Below are positions 18,598-27,333 of a DNA stretch of 64,000 bases, in pieces. Source of the DNA: Actinomycetota bacterium (GTDB taxonomy: Bacteria; Actinomycetota; Acidimicrobiia; IMCC26256; VFJJ01). Below the pieces are notes generated by a model that saw only the letters and a list, made by a program, of their open reading frames with translations, did not search any database and was not told the DNA's origin. The position numbers and the translations under genes are program-made. The first letter of the stretch is position 1; every line of letters begins with the position of its first letter. The stretch covers positions 1,891 to 65,890 of the forward strand of contig VFJJ01000105.1 in assembly GCA_009886115.1 (NCBI GenBank), given 5' to 3'.

Positions 18598-19382
18598 CGG
18601 CCCGGATCGCATGGAGGGCGACAGCGCTCATCGTGCTGGCCGCGCCGCTGCTGACACTGGTGTTGCAGGCGTTCTCGACCCGCTGGTTCTTCCCCGACGC
18701 GCTGCCAGCCGAATGGACACTTCGAGGCTGGCGGGGCATCGGGTCCGACGACCGTACGCTGAGTGCCTTCGGTACCGGTGTGGTGGTGAGCGGGGCCGTC
18801 ACCGTGGCGAGCTGCGCGATGGCGTGGCCGGCCGCCCGGGTGCTGGCCCGCTCGAGTTTCCGGTGGCGGGGCCCGGTGATGGTGGTGTTGTTCGTGCCCC
18901 ATCTGGTGCCCGCCGTGGGCCTGGCCATTGGGCTCGACGTGGCCCTGCTCCGACTCGACCTGGCGGGAGGACGGCCCGGTGTGGTCCTGGCTCACCTCGT
19001 GACCACCATCCCCTACACGGTGGCCATCTTGACGGCGGTCTTCACCAGGCACGACGACCGGGCGCGCCAGCAGGCTGCCGTCCTGGGAGCAACGCCGTGG
19101 CAGGCGCTGCGGATGGTGACGCTGCGTCTGGTGGGGCCGGGGCTCGTCGTCGCCGCGCTGTTCAGTTTCCTCGTGTCGTGGAGCCAGTATCTCGTCACCC
19201 TGCTCGTGGGTGGAGGCCGGGTCGTCACGATCACCATGCTGGTGTTCAGCTCCGTGGCCGGCGGGAACCCCACCAGCATCGGTGTGCTCGCGCTCATGGC
19301 AGCGCTGCCACCCTTGCTGGTGCTGGTGCTGGCCGGCCGGATCGCCGTGCGCGAGATCGTCGACCCGACGGCATCGCCATGA
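18594..19382 (+). CDS. ABC transporter permease (YnjC-like, second half)
   Basis: The protein is multi-TM with an EAA-like region (AAVLGATPWQALRMVTLRLVGPG). There is an ATGA overlap at 18594-18597. Confidence 0.85.
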   Translation: MTARIAWRATALIVLAAPLLTLVLQAFSTRWFFPDALPAEWTLRGWRGIGSDDRTLSAFGTGVVVSGAVTVASCAMAWPAARVLARSSFRWRGPVMVVLFVPHLVPAVGLAIGLDVALLRLDLAGGRPGVVLAHLVTTIPYTVAILTAVFTRHDDRARQQAAVLGATPWQALRMVTLRLVGPGLVVAALFSFLVSWSQYLVTLLVGGGRVVTITMLVFSSVAGGNPTSIGVLALMAALPPLLVLVLAGRIAVREIVDPTASP

Positions 19383-20509
19383 ACGAGGCGTCGACCCCGG
19401 CCGGCGTGGAGGTCGTGGGACTGGTCAAGCGCTACGGGCCCCGCGGCGCAGCGCGAGCGGTGCTCGACGGTGTCACCTTCGACGTGCCGGCCGGCTCCTT
19501 GACGTGCCTGCTCGGCCCGTCGGGAAGCGGCAAGTCGACGATCCTCGGATGCCTCGCCGGCCTGATCGAGCCCGACGGTGGGACGATCACGATCGGCGGG
19601 CGGACGATGGATCGGCTCGCTCCGCACCGGAGACCCGTCACCTTGTTGATGCAGACTGCCCAGCTCTTCGGCTTCCTGTCGGTGGCAGAGAACGTCGGAT
19701 TCGGGCTACAAGTTCGGGGAGTGGGCGCCGCCGAACGGGCGCGACGGGTCGACGAGCTCCTTGCGTCCGTGGGCCTCGTCGGTCTCGGCGATCGTTCACC
19801 GGCCGGGCTCTCGGGCGGCGAGCAACAGCGGGTGGCGCTGGCCCGGGCGCTGGCGATCGAGCCCGAGGTGCTGCTCCTCGACGAGCCGTTGGCCAACCTC
19901 GACCCTCCGGTGCGTCGTGAGCTCCAGGATCTGTTGGTGGAGATTCACCGCCGGACCGGCACCACGACCGTGCTCGTCACCCACGACGTGAGCGAGGCTC
20001 TGGCCCTCGGCGAGCAACTGGTGGTGCTCGCCGGCGGACGGGTGGCGGCGAGTGGCCGTCCCGAGGAGCTGTATCGCAGGCCCCCCACGGTGTCGGTGGC
20101 CCGGATGCTGGGGATCGAGACCGTGCTCACCGGCCGGCTGAACGACGGCGTGCTCGCGGGCCCGTGGGGGGCGCTCACGGTGTCGGCCGCCAACGCCCGG
20201 GGCCCGGTCACCGGCGGGCGCCCATCCACCTGGGTGATCCGGCCCGAGCTGGTCGAGGTCTCCAGCGCGGGGGACGCCAGCGCGGGGGACGCCAGCGCGG
20301 CCGGCCACGCCGCGTCGGGGCTCGATGTCGTGGTCGAGACCGTCCGCTACGCCGGAGCCACGCTGCAGCTGCGCATGATGGCCCCCGCCGATACGCGCAT
20401 CGCCGCGACGATCACGACGGCCGCCGGCGCTCCCCCACCCGTTCCCGGCCAGCGGCGTGTCGCCCGGCTCCCCGCCGACTCGCTGGTCGAGGTCGCCGAC
20501 GACGGCTGA
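19379..20509 (+). CDS. ABC transporter ATP-binding protein (YnjD/PotA-like with C-terminal regulatory domain)
   Basis: Motifs present are Walker A GPSGSGKST, signature LSGGEQQRVALARA, Walker B LLLDEP and an H-loop VTHD. There is an ATGA overlap at 19379-19382. A 15-nt x2.5 repeat encodes SAGDASAGDASA. Confidence 0.9.
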   Translation: MNEASTPAGVEVVGLVKRYGPRGAARAVLDGVTFDVPAGSLTCLLGPSGSGKSTILGCLAGLIEPDGGTITIGGRTMDRLAPHRRPVTLLMQTAQLFGFLSVAENVGFGLQVRGVGAAERARRVDELLASVGLVGLGDRSPAGLSGGEQQRVALARALAIEPEVLLLDEPLANLDPPVRRELQDLLVEIHRRTGTTTVLVTHDVSEALALGEQLVVLAGGRVAASGRPEELYRRPPTVSVARMLGIETVLTGRLNDGVLAGPWGALTVSAANARGPVTGGRPSTWVIRPELVEVSSAGDASAGDASAAGHAASGLDVVVETVRYAGATLQLRMMAPADTRIAATITTAAGAPPPVPGQRRVARLPADSLVEVADDG

Positions 20510-20563
20510 CGCGCCGCGCCGGACGCAGGCCGCCAGTGCAGGCGCCGGTCGACGATCGACGCT

Positions 20564-21022
20564 TCAGTCGACGAGGACGTTGGGGCGGGGGAGGCCCTGG
20601 GCCTCGCACAGCGCGTAGTAGGCCGCCAGCGCAGAGGTGCCGTCGGCGATCGATTCGACGTTGCCGTCGGCGTCGAGGTTCAGGTTCACGCCGTACATGT
20701 GGAACCACACCCGGGTGTCGTCCTCGATGCAGGTGAGCGTGTGGACCGACCCCGCCGGCTCGTAGAGGAACGAACCGGCCCGGTTCACATACTCGGATTC
20801 CTTGTACTTCCAGGCACCCGTGGTCGTGTAGCCCCAGACCGGTCCGGTGTGACGATGGGTCTGCACGGCGAAGCCGGCCTGGAAGACGTTCTCGACGATC
20901 CAGAGGCCCTCGCCCTCTTTCACCTGGAGCACCTTGAGCTTGTTCCCGCCCCCGATGTCGACGAACGGCATCTCGTCGGCGCCGCGGTGGATGGCCGACG
21001 GGGCGGATTCGATCATGGTCAT
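20564..21022 (-). CDS. Cupin-fold protein, 2,4'-dihydroxyacetophenone dioxygenase (DAD)-like
   Basis: The 152-aa protein MTMIESAPSAIH...FAVQTHRHTGPVWGYTTTGAWKYKE...EPAGSVHTL has cupin His ligands. The real start lies inside a longer artefactual track ORF. Confidence 0.7.
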   Translation of the reverse strand: MTMIESAPSAIHRGADEMPFVDIGGGNKLKVLQVKEGEGLWIVENVFQAGFAVQTHRHTGPVWGYTTTGAWKYKESEYVNRAGSFLYEPAGSVHTLTCIEDDTRVWFHMYGVNLNLDADGNVESIADGTSALAAYYALCEAQGLPRPNVLVD

Positions 21023-21084
21023 GGGGGGCTCCTCGGCCGGGTGATCGGGATGATCCGTTGAATGAACAAGCGACTTCGATGGAA

Positions 21085-22302
21085 TCAGCGAGATAGGCGG
21101 ACGGGGAGCACCTTCAAGGCGTTGTTGAGGTTCGACCGGACCCGTTTCGGATCGCCGATCAGCTCGACGGTCGGGAACGCGGCGAGCAGCTCCTCGAAGA
21201 ACACCCGTCCCTCGAGGCGGGCCAGGTGCACGCCCAGGCAGAAGTGGGTCGCGATCCCGAACGACAGGTGGGGATTGGGGCTCCGGCGGATGTCGAAGCG
21301 GTGCGGATCGGCGAACACCTCCTCGTCGCGGTTCGCCGACGTGTAATACATCGCGACCTTGTCGCCCGCCGCGATGGGCACGCCTCGCAGCACGGTGTCG
21401 ACCAGGGCCGTGCGGCGGAAGTAGTGCAACGGGTTGGCCCAGCGGAGGATCTCCTCGACGGCACCGTCGATCAGCGACCGGTCGGCGCGCAGCTCGGCCA
21501 TCTGCTCGGGATGCTGGAGCAGCGCCAGGAGCCCGCCCGCGAGCATGGTCTTGGTCGTGTCGTTCCCCGCGGTGACGAGCTGCACGAAGAACGAGCCGAA
21601 CTCGAGGTCGGTCATCTGGCGACCGTTGAACTCGCCGTCGAGCAGCAACGTGGAGAGGTCTTCCCGGGGCGGCTCCGACCGGCGCCGCGCCGCCCACGCC
21701 ATGCCGTACATGACCATCTGCATCGAGCCGTCACCGCTGGTGTAGTTGTCGCCCTCGGGATTGATGTCGGCGTCCTGGCTCGACGTGTTCATCTCGGCCA
21801 TGCGGTGGATCGCTGCCCAATCCTCCCTCGGGAGGCCCATGAGCTCACCGATCACCTGCGATGGCAGGCTCGAGGTGACATCGTGCACGAACTCGACATC
21901 GCCCATCTCAGCGGCCCGGGCGAAGATCTCACGGCAGATCGTGCGGATGCGATCTTCCATCTGCCCGATGACCCTAACCTTGAAGCTCGGCGCGAGCGGC
22001 CGCCGGAAACCCGTGTGTCGGGGCGGGTCCATGGCCAGGAGCATGTTGCGCATGCCCTCGAGCTGCTCGGGGCCGAGGTTCTCGAGCACCACCCCGGCCT
22101 CGTTCGCCGAGAAGATCTCCGAGTGCTTGGCCACGTGCACCACGTCGGCGTGCTTGAGCACCGCCCAGTAGCCGGGCTCGTGCGGCATGTCCTGCCAGAA
22201 CACCGGTTGCTCACGTCGGAGCCGCTCGAAGAGCGCATGGGGCGGCTCGTCGATGTAGATGTCGGGCTCGTAGATTCCCGTCGGAACCGCGGTGGTGCTC
22301 AT
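21085..22302 (-). CDS. Cytochrome P450 monooxygenase
   Basis: The protein has a heme-binding loop FGIATHFCLGVHLA (FxxGxHxCxG), an I-helix VTAGNDTT and an ExxR (EEILRW). Confidence 0.9.
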   Translation of the reverse strand: MSTTAVPTGIYEPDIYIDEPPHALFERLRREQPVFWQDMPHEPGYWAVLKHADVVHVAKHSEIFSANEAGVVLENLGPEQLEGMRNMLLAMDPPRHTGFRRPLAPSFKVRVIGQMEDRIRTICREIFARAAEMGDVEFVHDVTSSLPSQVIGELMGLPREDWAAIHRMAEMNTSSQDADINPEGDNYTSGDGSMQMVMYGMAWAARRRSEPPREDLSTLLLDGEFNGRQMTDLEFGSFFVQLVTAGNDTTKTMLAGGLLALLQHPEQMAELRADRSLIDGAVEEILRWANPLHYFRRTALVDTVLRGVPIAAGDKVAMYYTSANRDEEVFADPHRFDIRRSPNPHLSFGIATHFCLGVHLARLEGRVFFEELLAAFPTVELIGDPKRVRSNLNNALKVLPVRLSR

Positions 22303-22341
22303 GCCGACCTCCTGTGGTCACTTGCTAGCACGCCACAGCTC

Positions 22342-22389
22342 CAACTGTCAGCGTGGCACCCCGTATCCGGGGTGCCACGCTGACAGTTG
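22342..22389. repeat. 48-nt palindromic element, copy 1 (perfect 22-bp arms, TATC loop)
   Basis: The sequence is CAACTGTCAGCGTGGCACCCCG-TATC-CGGGGTGCCACGCTGACAGTTG. It is intergenic, between the P450 start and the DUF202 gene end. Confidence 0.9.
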
Positions 22390-22404
22390 CGGTGATCGTC
22401 GACA

Positions 22405-22779
22405 TCAACGGGTGAGCTCCACAGCGATGACGCCCAGGCACACCACGGTGGTGAACCAGGCCATCGCCCGCAGCACCCCGCCCCGCACCCTGACGGGTTC
22501 ATCGGCTCTGATCGCGGCCATGGTGCGCCGGTACTCGGAAGTCCCCCCGGCCCAGCTCAGCGCGCCCACCATCAGCATCGCGAAGCCGATGGCGGTGCTG
22601 GGCCGGAGGAAGCCGTCGTCGGCGAAGTACCTCACCGTCGCCGCCCCCGCTCCACCCCACGACAGCGCCGTGCGGTTCCACGCCAGGTGCACCCGCTCCG
22701 CAGCCAGGCTCCCGAGCACGTCGGGATGGTGCCCAGCCCAGCCACTCGCGGCGCCGTCCATGGGGTCGTACACCGTCAC
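22405..22779 (-). CDS. DUF202 (YidH/YidG-like) small membrane protein
   Basis: An ERVHLAWNRTALSW motif is followed by TM helices. A GTGA overlap joins it to the upstream DUF202 gene (alternative ATG start at 22761). Confidence 0.7.
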   Translation of the reverse strand: MTVYDPMDGAASGWAGHHPDVLGSLAAERVHLAWNRTALSWGGAGAATVRYFADDGFLRPSTAIGFAMLMVGALSWAGGTSEYRRTMAAIRADEPVRVRGGVLRAMAWFTTVVCLGVIAVELTR

Positions 22780-23189
22780 ACCAGGCTGTAGACGACGGCG
22801 GCCACGGCGACCACCGCGGTGACGACCGACACGAGCATCGGCAGCCGCGAGTGACGGATCGGCTCCTGCAGGCGCATGGCCCGCTCGTTGCTCTCCCATG
22901 TGGAATAGCTGAAGAACGCCAGGAGCGCACCGAGCGCCATGAGCGACACGCCGACGACCTTGGGTCCGGTCTGGCTCCCGTCGGGCTTGAGGACGTGCGT
23001 GACGGCGAGGCCGGCGACGATGCACCCGAGGGCCGTGCGGTTCCACGCGAGGAAGGTCCGCTCATTGGCAAAGCTGAAGCGGGCGTCGGGCGCCTCACCC
23101 ACCTCGTCGAAGCGAGGACGTCGAGCGAGCCGTCCACGGCTTGCACCGGCCGACCCGGGGGGCTCGGAGCGACCGTCGACCGTCGCCAC
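22776..23189 (-). CDS. DUF202 (YidH-like) membrane protein
   Basis: A NERTFLAWNRTALG motif is followed by three hydrophobic helices. Confidence 0.75.
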   Translation of the reverse strand: MATVDGRSEPPGSAGASRGRLARRPRFDEVGEAPDARFSFANERTFLAWNRTALGCIVAGLAVTHVLKPDGSQTGPKVVGVSLMALGALLAFFSYSTWESNERAMRLQEPIRHSRLPMLVSVVTAVVAVAAVVYSLV

Positions 23190-23192
23190 CGC

Positions 23193-23747
23193 CTACAGGT
23201 CCCGGTAGATGTCGTCGACCGGAATGCTGATCCCGGCGCAGGGGACGAGCACCACCTCGCCCGAGCCGAGGATCGACGAGACCCATCGCTCGCCCATCCG
23301 CTCGTGCACCTCGAGGCGCGGGTGGTCGGGATCGACGATGACGTACATGCCCAGCGTTGGTATCGAGAGGTAAGCCCCGAGCTTCTCGCGACGATCGACC
23401 GTCTCCGTCGACGGCGAGAGCACTTCGACGAGCAGACACGGTCCTGTCTCGTAGCGCTCGTCGACGAGCGGCGCACACACCACCATCACGTCGGGGTAGT
23501 AGAACGCCCACGAGCCCGCAGTTGCGCCAACGCGGAGCTTGGCTCCCTCCACGTACGGACGACAACCCGACGCGAGCGCGGAGCCCCGAACCGCGCTGTA
23601 GATGGCACCAGCCACGAGATTGTGCCGAAGCGTTGCTCCGGTCATCGCACACAGCACGCCGCCCACGAGCTCATGCCGGACCGCGCTCTCGGCCTCGAGC
23701 CTCAGGTACTCGTCAGCCGTGACGTGAAGGGGAGCGGCGAGGCTCAT
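23193..23747 (-). CDS. Uma2-family (DUF820) putative restriction-endonuclease-like protein
   Basis: The pattern ...TADEYLRLEAESAVRHELVGGVL.AMTGATLRHN...PDVMVVC...LLVEVLSPST...DRREKLGAYLSIPTLGMYVIVDP is a typical Uma2 PD-(D/E)xK arrangement. Confidence 0.8.
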   Translation of the reverse strand: MSLAAPLHVTADEYLRLEAESAVRHELVGGVLCAMTGATLRHNLVAGAIYSAVRGSALASGCRPYVEGAKLRVGATAGSWAFYYPDVMVVCAPLVDERYETGPCLLVEVLSPSTETVDRREKLGAYLSIPTLGMYVIVDPDHPRLEVHERMGERWVSSILGSGEVVLVPCAGISIPVDDIYRDL

Positions 23748-23804
23748 CCCCCCAAGCGTACCGCCCGTCTGCGGGCGTGACGGTGCCCTGGCCAGACGAC
23801 GAGC

Positions 23805-24722
23805 TCAGCCGGCATCGGCCAAGAGGTGCTTGGGGAACAGCTCGTCGAGCTCCTCGAGGGTGTAGGGCGGACGGGTCCGGTGGCCGCCCCCGTGGTAGTT
23901 CGTAGCGTCGACGTAGGAGGTCCACAGGCCCAGCTCGGTGCCCGCCGAGTGCACGACCTGACCGTTCACGGCCGCGGCAGCGTCGGTGCACAGCCAGGCC
24001 ACGACCGGGCCGATGTACTCAGGCGGCGGGGTGTTGATGTAGGCGTCCCAGCCGGCGTCGTCGATGACACCGTCGGCCCGCATCTGCTCGAAGGTGGCCC
24101 TGCTCACCGCGTGCAGGCGGGTGGCAGCGCCGGGTGCGAGGCAGTTGGCGGTGACGCCCGAGGGACCGTGCTCGTGCGCCAGGGCCTTGGTGAGGGAGAT
24201 GACCCCGCCCATGGCCGCGGCGAAGATGGGCTGGCCGAGCAGGCCGGTGGCCCCGAACGACGTGGTGGCGATGAACCGGCCCCAGCCTCGCTCGACCATG
24301 GCGGGAACGGCCGCCCGGGCCAACCAGAACTTCTGCGAGAGGAACAGGTCGAGAAACCGTTGGTACGACTGGTCATCGGCGTTCAGTGAGCCGTCGATGA
24401 TCGCCCCGGCACAGCCCACGACGATGTCGAGTTGGCCGTACGTGTCGACAGCCGTCTGTACGGCCCGCTCGCAGCCCGCCGAGCTGGCGACCGAGTCGTA
24501 GTTCGCGCTCGCCGTTCCCCCGGCGCCACGGATGTCGGCCACGGTGGCGTCGGCCGCTGCGCTCGTCGCTCCGGTCGCGAACTCGTCGGTGCCCAGGTCG
24601 TTGACCACCACCGACGCGCCGGCGGCTCCGATGGCGAGCGCGCAGGCCCGGCCGATCCCGTTCCCGGCACCGGTGACGAGCGCCACCCGTCCGGCCAGCC
24701 GTCCAGCATCTCGCTCAGCCAC
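23805..24722 (-). CDS. SDR-family oxidoreductase (MFE-2 dehydrogenase-like)
   Basis: The protein has GRVALVTGAGNGIGRA (Rossmann motif) and VVNDLG. Confidence 0.85.
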   Translation of the reverse strand: MAERDAGRLAGRVALVTGAGNGIGRACALAIGAAGASVVVNDLGTDEFATGATSAAADATVADIRGAGGTASANYDSVASSAGCERAVQTAVDTYGQLDIVVGCAGAIIDGSLNADDQSYQRFLDLFLSQKFWLARAAVPAMVERGWGRFIATTSFGATGLLGQPIFAAAMGGVISLTKALAHEHGPSGVTANCLAPGAATRLHAVSRATFEQMRADGVIDDAGWDAYINTPPPEYIGPVVAWLCTDAAAAVNGQVVHSAGTELGLWTSYVDATNYHGGGHRTRPPYTLEELDELFPKHLLADAG

Positions 24723-24794
24723 GCCACACCCCGTCGGTCGAATCCCGTCGAATGTCTCGGCCCCAACACGGCGCCGGCCGCAGCGTAGGCCGGC

Positions 24795-25844
24795 TCAGGA
24801 AGGGACGGCCCGGAGCCCAGCCAGCTCGGCCAGCATCTCATAGGAACGGACCCGGTCGGCGTGCGACGGCGTGATGGTGGTGACCATCAGCTCGTCGACA
24901 CGAGTCCGGAGCACAAGCTCGTCGAGCATGCGCTGCACGGTCGTCGGGCTGCCAACGACGCTGTTCGACGCCCGCGACTCGATGATCCGGAGGTCGTGCG
25001 CGGTGTACGGGTAGGCCGCCGCCTCCTCGGGCGTGGGGAACGGGCCCGGTCGGCCCTGGGCCAGCCGCAGGAAGGCCAGCCCTCCGGGTGCCGCCAGCCA
25101 GCGGGCGTGCTCGTCGGTTTCGGCGCAGAGCACCGAGACCCCGATCATCGCGTAGGGTTGATCGAGCACGTCGGACGGCCGGAACGCCTTGCGGTACAAG
25201 GCCAAAGCCGGCTCGGTGTTCTCGGACGCGAAGTGGTGCGCGAACGAGAACGGCAGCCCCAGCATCCCGGCGACCTGGGCGCTGTAGCCGCTCGAGCCGA
25301 GCAGCCACAGCTCCGGCTGGTGGCCGAGACCGGGAACGGCGGTGATCGCCTGCATGGGGTTGCCCGCCGGGAACACCCCCGAGAAGAAGCTCATGAGATC
25401 GCCGAGCTGCTCGGGGAAGTCGTCGGCGCTCATCGCGTCTGCCGTCCGCCGCAGGGCCCGGGCCGTGACCTGGTCGGTGCCGGGCGCCCGTCCGATGCCG
25501 AGGTCGATCCGGCCGGGGTGCAGCGCCTCCAACATCCCGAACTGCTCGGCGATCACGAGCGGGGCATGGTTGGGGAGCATGACCCCGCCGGCCCCGATGC
25601 GCATCCGCTCGGTCACCGACGCCAGGTGGCCGATCAGCACGGCCGGCGCCGAGCTGGCGATGCCCGGCATGTTGTGGTGCTCGGCCACCCAGTAGCGGTG
25701 ATATCCCAGCCGCTCGGTGCGCCGGGCCAGGTCGAGCGAGTTGCGCAGGGCCTGGCCCACTGTCGTGCCCGAGGTGACCGGAGCCAGATCGAGCACCGAG
25801 AGCACGACGGCGGACAGGGAGGCGGGGGAGGGTATCGAGGGCAT
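24795..25844 (-). CDS. LLM-class flavin-dependent oxidoreductase (luciferase-family group 1 type)
   Basis: The sequence LSVLDLAPV...[30 protein letters not shown] matches this LLM class. Confidence 0.85.
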   Translation of the reverse strand: MPSIPSPASLSAVVLSVLDLAPVTSGTTVGQALRNSLDLARRTERLGYHRYWVAEHHNMPGIASSAPAVLIGHLASVTERMRIGAGGVMLPNHAPLVIAEQFGMLEALHPGRIDLGIGRAPGTDQVTARALRRTADAMSADDFPEQLGDLMSFFSGVFPAGNPMQAITAVPGLGHQPELWLLGSSGYSAQVAGMLGLPFSFAHHFASENTEPALALYRKAFRPSDVLDQPYAMIGVSVLCAETDEHARWLAAPGGLAFLRLAQGRPGPFPTPEEAAAYPYTAHDLRIIESRASNSVVGSPTTVQRMLDELVLRTRVDELMVTTITPSHADRVRSYEMLAELAGLRAVPS

Positions 25845-25880
25845 CCGGGCGAGGCTACCGACCGCGCATCACGAGACCGG

Positions 25881-27065
25881 CTACAGGATCACGCCGGCTT
25901 CCTTGAGCTCCGAGATGCGGTCCCAGTCGTAGCCCCGTTCGAGCAGCACCTCCTCGGTGTGCTGACCGTGCTCGGGGCTGGCGAGCCGCGGGACCGACGG
26001 ACGGCCGTGGAAGTCGATCGGCGTCGTGAGCGTTCTCGCCGGGCCCTCGGCGTGCGGCGCCTCGACGAAGGCGCCGGCGGCGATGGCCTGCGGATCGTCG
26101 ACCACGTCGAACGGGCTGAGCACCGACTCCCACCACACGCCTTCCCGGTCGAAGACCTCGGCCCACTCCTCACGCGACGCTCTGGAGAAGATCTCGTCGA
26201 GCGCGCCGATCAGCCCGGCGGCGTTGCTGCGTCGCGACGCCAGCGACGAGTAGCGCTCGTCGTCGATCCACTCGGGACGGCCGACGGCGCGGGCCAGCGC
26301 CGGCCAGTGCCGGTCGGGCTGGAGACCCAACAGCCAGAACCATCTTCCGTCGCCGGCCCGGTAGCAGTTCATCACCGGGTTGGTCGTCGACCGCCGGCCC
26401 TGACCCATCGGGAAGGACGTACCCGTTCGTGCGATCGTGTTGAGGTCCTGGCCGATCGTGTACATCCCGGTGCGGAGCAGCGAGGTGGTGACGAGCTGGC
26501 CCCGGCCGGTCTGCGAGCGTTCGTAGAGCGCTGCGGCGATCCCCGCGGCCAGCATGGCGCCGGTGATGTGGTCGCCGAACGCGCCGCGCAGCACGGGCGG
26601 TTCACCACCCTCGAGCGTGTGGGCGGCGGCGACGCCCGATCGGGAGTAGAACGCGCCGATGTCGTAGCCCGGTCGATCACGTTCGTCGCCGTCGAGCCCG
26701 TAACCGGTCATGAGCCCGTACACCAGCCGGGGATGGGCGGCCAGCAGCGTCGGGTGATCGAATCCCCACCGTTCGAGCACCGGCCCGCGAACGTTCGTGA
26801 CGAGCACGTCGGCGTCGGCCAGGAACTCGGCGACGATCGCCCGTCCGGCCTCACCGTCGAGGTCGACGGCCACGCTGCGCTTGCCCCGGTTGTCGAGCTC
26901 GAAGGCCGCGTTGACCGGCATGATCCCGCCCGTGAGGATCCAACGGAACGGATCCCCGTCGAGCGACTCGATCTTGATGACGTCGGCGCCCCAGTCGGCG
27001 AGCATCATCGACGCCGAAGGCCCGGCGATCCAGGCCCCGATCTCGAGAACCCCGACGCCGGCCAT
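25881..27065 (-). CDS. Family III CoA-transferase (CaiB/BaiF)
   Basis: The sequence MAGVGVLEIGAWIAGPSASMMLADWGADVIKIESLDGDPFR is a canonical family III N-terminus. Alternative upstream starts are at 27119 and 27170. Confidence 0.85.
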   Translation of the reverse strand: MAGVGVLEIGAWIAGPSASMMLADWGADVIKIESLDGDPFRWILTGGIMPVNAAFELDNRGKRSVAVDLDGEAGRAIVAEFLADADVLVTNVRGPVLERWGFDHPTLLAAHPRLVYGLMTGYGLDGDERDRPGYDIGAFYSRSGVAAAHTLEGGEPPVLRGAFGDHITGAMLAAGIAAALYERSQTGRGQLVTTSLLRTGMYTIGQDLNTIARTGTSFPMGQGRRSTTNPVMNCYRAGDGRWFWLLGLQPDRHWPALARAVGRPEWIDDERYSSLASRRSNAAGLIGALDEIFSRASREEWAEVFDREGVWWESVLSPFDVVDDPQAIAAGAFVEAPHAEGPARTLTTPIDFHGRPSVPRLASPEHGQHTEEVLLERGYDWDRISELKEAGVIL

Positions 27066-27205
27066 GGGCCCGGGCCGCGGTGCCGGCCCCGGCTCCGACC
27101 CCGGCTGGGTGACGGCCATCAGGCGATCGGCTCGAGCAGCTCGAACAGCGGGCCGAGGCGCAGGGGTCATGGCCGCAACGTACCCGCTGACGCGAGCGCC
27201 CATCT

Positions 27206-27286
27206 CAACTGTCAGTGTCACGGGCCGGATACGGACCCCCACGCTGACAGTTGGAGGAATCGCACGCTGACAGTTGGAGGAATCGC
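27206..27286. repeat. 48-nt palindromic element, copy 2 (inverted orientation, GATA loop), plus a 23-nt x2 tandem duplication of its right end
   Basis: The element is CAACTGTCAGTGTCACGGGCCG-GATA-CGGACCCCCACGCTGACAGTTG (27206-27253). ACGCTGACAGTTGGAGGAATCGC occurs twice in tandem (27241-27263 and 27264-27286). It lies in the divergent region between the CoA-transferase and amidohydrolase genes. Confidence 0.9.
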
Positions 27287-27333
27287 GCGTGCATCGGTAG
27301 CGTCCAGCCAAGCGTTGGCGAGTTCGGGAGACG

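Noticed and set aside
22292-22822. Track ORFs reading through palindromic element copy 1 (22292-22822 + and 22299-22502 -, with peptides containing NCQRGTP).
   Set aside because: They start in intergenic DNA, traverse the palindrome (the same peptide appears on both strands because of symmetry), and then run antisense to the DUF202 genes. They are artefacts.
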